Shown: positions 59,839 through 63,298 of the stretch, one piece after another | Layout: each line of letters starts with the position of its first letter | Position numbering within the stretch: the first letter of the stretch is position 1 | Sequence record: SRR22947727_1880 | DNA length: 63,298 bases | Reading direction: 5' to 3' (one strand) | Program-made: the position numbers and the translations under genes | The notes under the pieces: generated by a model | The model's database searches: none | Told to the model about the DNA's origin: nothing | The model's input: only the letters and a program-made list of their open reading frames with translations

Positions 59839-59854
59839 GTAGGCCCCCGGGCCT

Positions 59855-60052
59855 CTAGCCGAGAGTGAAGTGGAAGAAGATGCCGAGAATCGTGATGATG
59901 ACCCCAGAAATGCCGAGCATCCGGTGCGCATTGTCTTTCCACATCAGGCGGGCTCGGTACACCAAATAGATGAAGGGTTTTGCCTCGGATTTTCGAAATC
60001 CACCATCTGCGAGATAAGCGCCTACCGCGGCCATGAGGAGATACCAGGACAT
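59855..60052 (-). CDS. Small membrane protein
   Basis: 65 aa with two hydrophobic segments. TAAGCT lies 6 nt before ATG. Confidence 0.6.
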   Translation of the reverse strand: MSWYLLMAAVGAYLADGGFRKSEAKPFIYLVYRARLMWKDNAHRMLGISGVIITILGIFFHFTLG

Positions 60053-60154
60053 CCCCTCAGCTTAGTTTCCTGGGGTCAGGTGGGACACAGGAATTTCCTC
60101 ACCTACTGTGGTGTTCTACAAGGTGTTGATCTTTAGCTCATAACAGAAATAGGC

Positions 60155-62017
60155 GTGATGACCTCAGTTCCTGCCCACGGACCTCTTGGCCGCTATGGCC
60201 AGACCGAAGAGAGCAAACGCGCGGCCATTGAGAACGCGCCCTCTATTGACGGCCTCTTGCCTCGAATCCTGAGCCTGTTTGACCCACACAGGAAACCTCT
60301 TGGCCTCACCATCGGGCTCGTCATTGTGGGTGCTGCTCTCTCCGTCATCCCACCACTTCTCATCCAGGACGCCTTCAATGAGGGCCTTTTCCCGGAGAGC
60401 GGTGTTCCGAACCTCGAGATTCTGGGGACCTTGGTCGCCATCATGGTGGGCCTCTGGGCCTTTATTGGTGCGCTGAGTGTCTGGCAGCACTACCTCACGG
60501 CCCAAATCGGTAACCGGGTGATGGGCTCGCTCCGGGTAAAAATGTTTGAACACCTGCAATCGATGCACTTGGGGTTTTTCACGAAGACCAAGACCGGTGC
60601 GATTCAATCCCGCCTTCAAAACGATGTGGGCGGGGTCGCCAACGTCCTCAAAGAAGTGATCGCGAACCTGTTGGGAAGCACTGTCACCGTTGCCGCGTCC
60701 CTGGTGGCGATGTTGATTCTCAGCTGGCAGCTCACCCTAGTCGCCGTCATCCTGCTCCCGGTCATGATTTTCTTGCAAAAACGCATCGGACGAGTCCGCG
60801 CCCGAATCGCTGCGGCAACCCAGCACTCACTCAGCGAAATGTCGGCAATGACCCAGGAAGCACTCGGCATCAGCGGAATCTTGCTCTCGAAGAGCTTCGG
60901 TCGCCAAAGCAGCGAGGTGGCACGGTATGAGCGGGAAAACGAGACACAAATAGGGCTGCAGGTGAAGCTGTCCATGTCGGGTCAAGCGTTCTTTGCGCTG
61001 ATCCAACTGTTCATGTCCGCAATCCCTGCCGTCATCTATTTGGTCGCCGGAGTCCTGATTCTCGGAGCAGCTCCTCTGACAGTGGGAACCTTGGTGGCGT
61101 TCACGACCGCGCAGTCTCGTCTGATGTTCCCCATGATGAACCTGCTGCAGATTGGTTTGGAGATTCAAACCTCGAGAGCGCTGTTTGCGCGGATTTTTGA
61201 GTACCTCGATCTCACACCCTCTATTTCCAGCCCTGCCTCACCGACACCTATCGACAGCTCGAAGTTGGGGCTCGTGGAGTTCGAAGATGTCTCTTTCCGC
61301 TACGACGAAGGCACCGACGAGGAAGAGTCCTCAGGCCTGTCCGACATCAGCTTCCGCATCGAACCCGGTGAATACGTGGCCCTCGTCGGACCCTCAGGTG
61401 CGGGAAAGACCACTATCACCTCGTTGATTCCCCGATTCTTCGACGTGACATCTGGTGCCGTGAAGTTTGCCGGAGTTGACGTCAAGAACTGTGACCAGGA
61501 CGAGCTCATCAGCCACATCGGCATCCTGAGCCAGGAGACATTCCTGTTCAACGACACCATTGCCGAGAACATCGCCTACGCCAAAGATGGCGCCACCCAG
61601 GATGACATCGAAGAAGCCGCTCGATTGGCCAACATCCATGACACGATCTTGTCCTTCCCCGAGGGATACAACACCCTTGTCGGTGAGCGGGGATACCGCC
61701 TCAGTGGTGGCGAAAAACAAAGAATCGCGATTGCTCGTGTGCTGCTGAAAGACCCCAAGGTCCTGATACTGGACGAAGCCACCAGTTCACTGGATACCCA
61801 GTCCGAGCGACTCGTCCAAGCAGCACTGGACTCAGCGTCCGCAAACCGAACCACGCTTGCTATCGCGCACCGCCTCTCCACGGTGGTCAATGCTGATCGG
61901 ATCATGGTGGTCTCAGGGGGTCGCATCGTGGAGTCCGGCACTCACACCGATCTTCTCGACAACAAGGGTCTTTACGCGGCGCTGCTTACCGAGCAACGCC
62001 TGGAGGTTGCGGGCTAA
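60155..62017 (+). CDS. ABC exporter, fused permease/ATP-binding (MsbA/MdlB-like)
   Basis: TM domain followed by GPSGAGKT, LSGGEKQR, LDEATSSLD, IAHRLST. Confidence 0.95.
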   Translation: MMTSVPAHGPLGRYGQTEESKRAAIENAPSIDGLLPRILSLFDPHRKPLGLTIGLVIVGAALSVIPPLLIQDAFNEGLFPESGVPNLEILGTLVAIMVGLWAFIGALSVWQHYLTAQIGNRVMGSLRVKMFEHLQSMHLGFFTKTKTGAIQSRLQNDVGGVANVLKEVIANLLGSTVTVAASLVAMLILSWQLTLVAVILLPVMIFLQKRIGRVRARIAAATQHSLSEMSAMTQEALGISGILLSKSFGRQSSEVARYERENETQIGLQVKLSMSGQAFFALIQLFMSAIPAVIYLVAGVLILGAAPLTVGTLVAFTTAQSRLMFPMMNLLQIGLEIQTSRALFARIFEYLDLTPSISSPASPTPIDSSKLGLVEFEDVSFRYDEGTDEEESSGLSDISFRIEPGEYVALVGPSGAGKTTITSLIPRFFDVTSGAVKFAGVDVKNCDQDELISHIGILSQETFLFNDTIAENIAYAKDGATQDDIEEAARLANIHDTILSFPEGYNTLVGERGYRLSGGEKQRIAIARVLLKDPKVLILDEATSSLDTQSERLVQAALDSASANRTTLAIAHRLSTVVNADRIMVVSGGRIVESGTHTDLLDNKGLYAALLTEQRLEVAG

Positions 62018-62038
62018 AGCCCACCTCTGCTCTCGACC

Positions 62039-62518
62039 ATGATGCGAAAAATCTGCTGGCCAGCATGGATAAGCGCCATCTCGATGGTCGCTTTTGTCCT
62101 CGTAACATCCGGATATCAGGCGTCTGAGCCGTTAGTGCCGAGGGAGATATACCAGCAGGTCAACGATGACGGTCGCGAGTGGACCTATGACACAGCGTGG
62201 CAAAACATTAGAAAGCTCAATGATGACCTCGACGCCAGTGAGCTCAGCGAACTATCCGAGCAAGCTTTGTTCATCGCCTCCCAAATGGAGCGTCTCGAAA
62301 AGGGGAAAGCTACTTCTCTCACCAGCTCTTGGGCAAACACTCTCGTGGAGGAGATATCGAATGACGCCGGCGACATGTCTGAGGAGTCGGCCCTGATTGC
62401 TGCTCGGAAAGCAGGGCTACGTCTTCAAGATGCCTTTGATGCGGGCGACTTCCTCAGCGCACAAGAGGCCGCACTGGAAGTCCATGTGCTGACGCGAGCA
62501 AGCGGCCCCGGCAACTGA
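62039..62518 (+). CDS. Hypothetical secreted/membrane-anchored protein
   Basis: N-terminal hydrophobic signal followed by an acidic helical body. Confidence 0.6.
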   Translation: MMRKICWPAWISAISMVAFVLVTSGYQASEPLVPREIYQQVNDDGREWTYDTAWQNIRKLNDDLDASELSELSEQALFIASQMERLEKGKATSLTSSWANTLVEEISNDAGDMSEESALIAARKAGLRLQDAFDAGDFLSAQEAALEVHVLTRASGPGN

Positions 62519-62552
62519 GCGACGCTCGCATAGTTCCTGGGCATTCTCGTAC

Positions 62553-62592
62553 ACCACAGAGTCCACCATGGGTGGATCTCCCCTTCTGTGGT
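62553..62592. terminator. Stem-loop between convergent genes (possible terminator)
   Basis: ACCACAGA-GTCCACC-ATG-GGTGGAT-...-TCTGTGGT inverted repeats, with no U-tract. Confidence 0.35.
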
Positions 62593-62594
62593 TC

Positions 62595-62714
62595 CTACCT
62601 CACCACGCCAATCAGCAAGAAAAAGCCTGCGGCAATAATTGCGGTTGCTGTCACCACAAGTCCAGGCCACAAGTGCCACTCGTTAATGAGTTGAACCCAC
62701 GACTTCTTTGTCAT
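62595..62714 (-). CDS. Small 39-aa single-TM protein (absent from ORF track)
   Basis: MTKKSWVQLINEWHLWPGLVVTATAIIAAGFFLLIGVVR*. Starts 31 nt downstream of the 62746..63117 gene on the same strand. Confidence 0.55.
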   Translation of the reverse strand: MTKKSWVQLINEWHLWPGLVVTATAIIAAGFFLLIGVVR

Positions 62715-62745
62715 TCCCAGGCTCCCTTTCCGTTGTCGGAGACCC

Positions 62746-63117
62746 TCAGAGGACGAGAAGCACGAGACTCAGCAGAAGCGCCAGACTGAACACGGCCATG
62801 AGTACACGGGTGTATATCAGGTACGAGCCGCTCGAGGCGATGTTTTGTGCGACACCGCTGAGGTTACCGATAGCCTGCAAGTCCTTCACGACCGACTGTG
62901 CTTCGCGGATGATGGCGAACTGGTTCAGGACACTCAGGGCACCAACCGTCACGAGAAACAGTGACGCAAAGGCGTGAGCGTAGGTGTACTCGCCATCGAA
63001 ATAGCCCATCATCGCCATGACAGTAATCACGGCCAGAGCAATAACAGAGGGCATTTGGGCGGAAATAATCTGGCGTCTCTTGTCGTTCCAGAGCTCGACG
63101 AGGTCTTTTTCGGTCAT
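62746..63117 (-). CDS. Hypothetical membrane protein (3 TM)
   Basis: MTEKDLVELWNDKRRQII, with an AAGGGAGA SD upstream. Confidence 0.75.
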   Translation of the reverse strand: MTEKDLVELWNDKRRQIISAQMPSVIALAVITVMAMMGYFDGEYTYAHAFASLFLVTVGALSVLNQFAIIREAQSVVKDLQAIGNLSGVAQNIASSGSYLIYTRVLMAVFSLALLLSLVLLVL

Positions 63118-63161
63118 AGTGTCTCCCTTGTGTGACCCGAGGAAAGTTCGGGCTTTCTCAC

Positions 63162-63205
63162 GCTAACAGTGTTAGCTGGTGGCCGTGGCTGTGAGAAAAC
63201 CGTGA
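63162..63205 (-). promoter_or_regulatory. Candidate operator palindrome plus OmpR/PhoP-like direct repeat
   Basis: GCTAACA-G-TGTTAGC at 63162-63176, and minus-strand TCACGGT-N4-TCACAGC at 63205-63188. Confidence 0.4.
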
Positions 63206-63250
63206 AACTCAGAAATAGCGCAAACGGCGCACCTTGGTGCTGATGTCCTG

Positions 63251-63298
63251 TGGCACGCCCGGAGGGACTCGAACCCCCAACCTTCTGATCCGTAGTCA
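63251..63298 (-). tRNA. tRNA-Arg(ACG), 5'-truncated by window end
   Basis: ...TGACTACGGATCAGAAGGTTGGGGGTTCGAGTCCCTCCGGGCGTGCCA. Confidence 0.9.

Noticed and set aside
62417-62569. 50-aa minus-strand ORF with a GGGGAG SD inside the hairpin
   Set aside because: It overlaps the plus-strand gene antisense by about 100 nt and has no recognisable motif.

Overview
High-GC actinobacterial chromosome segment. Gene content and order (men cluster, ccdA/resB/ccsB, yajQ-cls, DUF4229, short ND-AspRS) suggest a streamlined Microbacteriaceae, possibly Pontimonas-like; this is inference only. Three zones are visible. (1) About 1-18.9 kb is a visibly more AT-rich surface-glycan island that runs off the left edge and ends at the 3' end of tRNA-Lys in a Thr-Met-Lys tRNA cluster. 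It carries a neuA-neuB-neuC operon resembling the true sialic-acid (Neisseria SiaA/SiaC) type, coupled to a WbuX/HisF/HisH acetamidino-forming module. It also holds a Maf/CstII-like transferase, GT2/GT47/GT61-like enzymes, four SAM methyltransferases, a PhyH dioxygenase and an ATP-grasp. (2) About 19-42 kb is housekeeping: GH13, M23, IMPase directly behind tRNA-Tyr, yajQ, cls, ferredoxin reductase, menaquinone and cytochrome c biogenesis genes, aspS. (3) About 42-63 kb is an accessory-rich tract: cpATP-grasp/alpha-E/transglutaminase with a poly-Gln tail, DrrAB plus stand-alone TipAS, PuuD-like, ureohydrolase, an SRAP-DUF1801/MORN-AlkA operon, ACC deaminase, dgcN-dgcA, an ABC exporter and a partial tRNA-Arg. 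Many genes appear leaderless, with a -10 hexamer 6-7 nt before the start codon. No integrase, transposase or CRISPR array was seen. Family assignments come from motif recognition by eye, not database searches.
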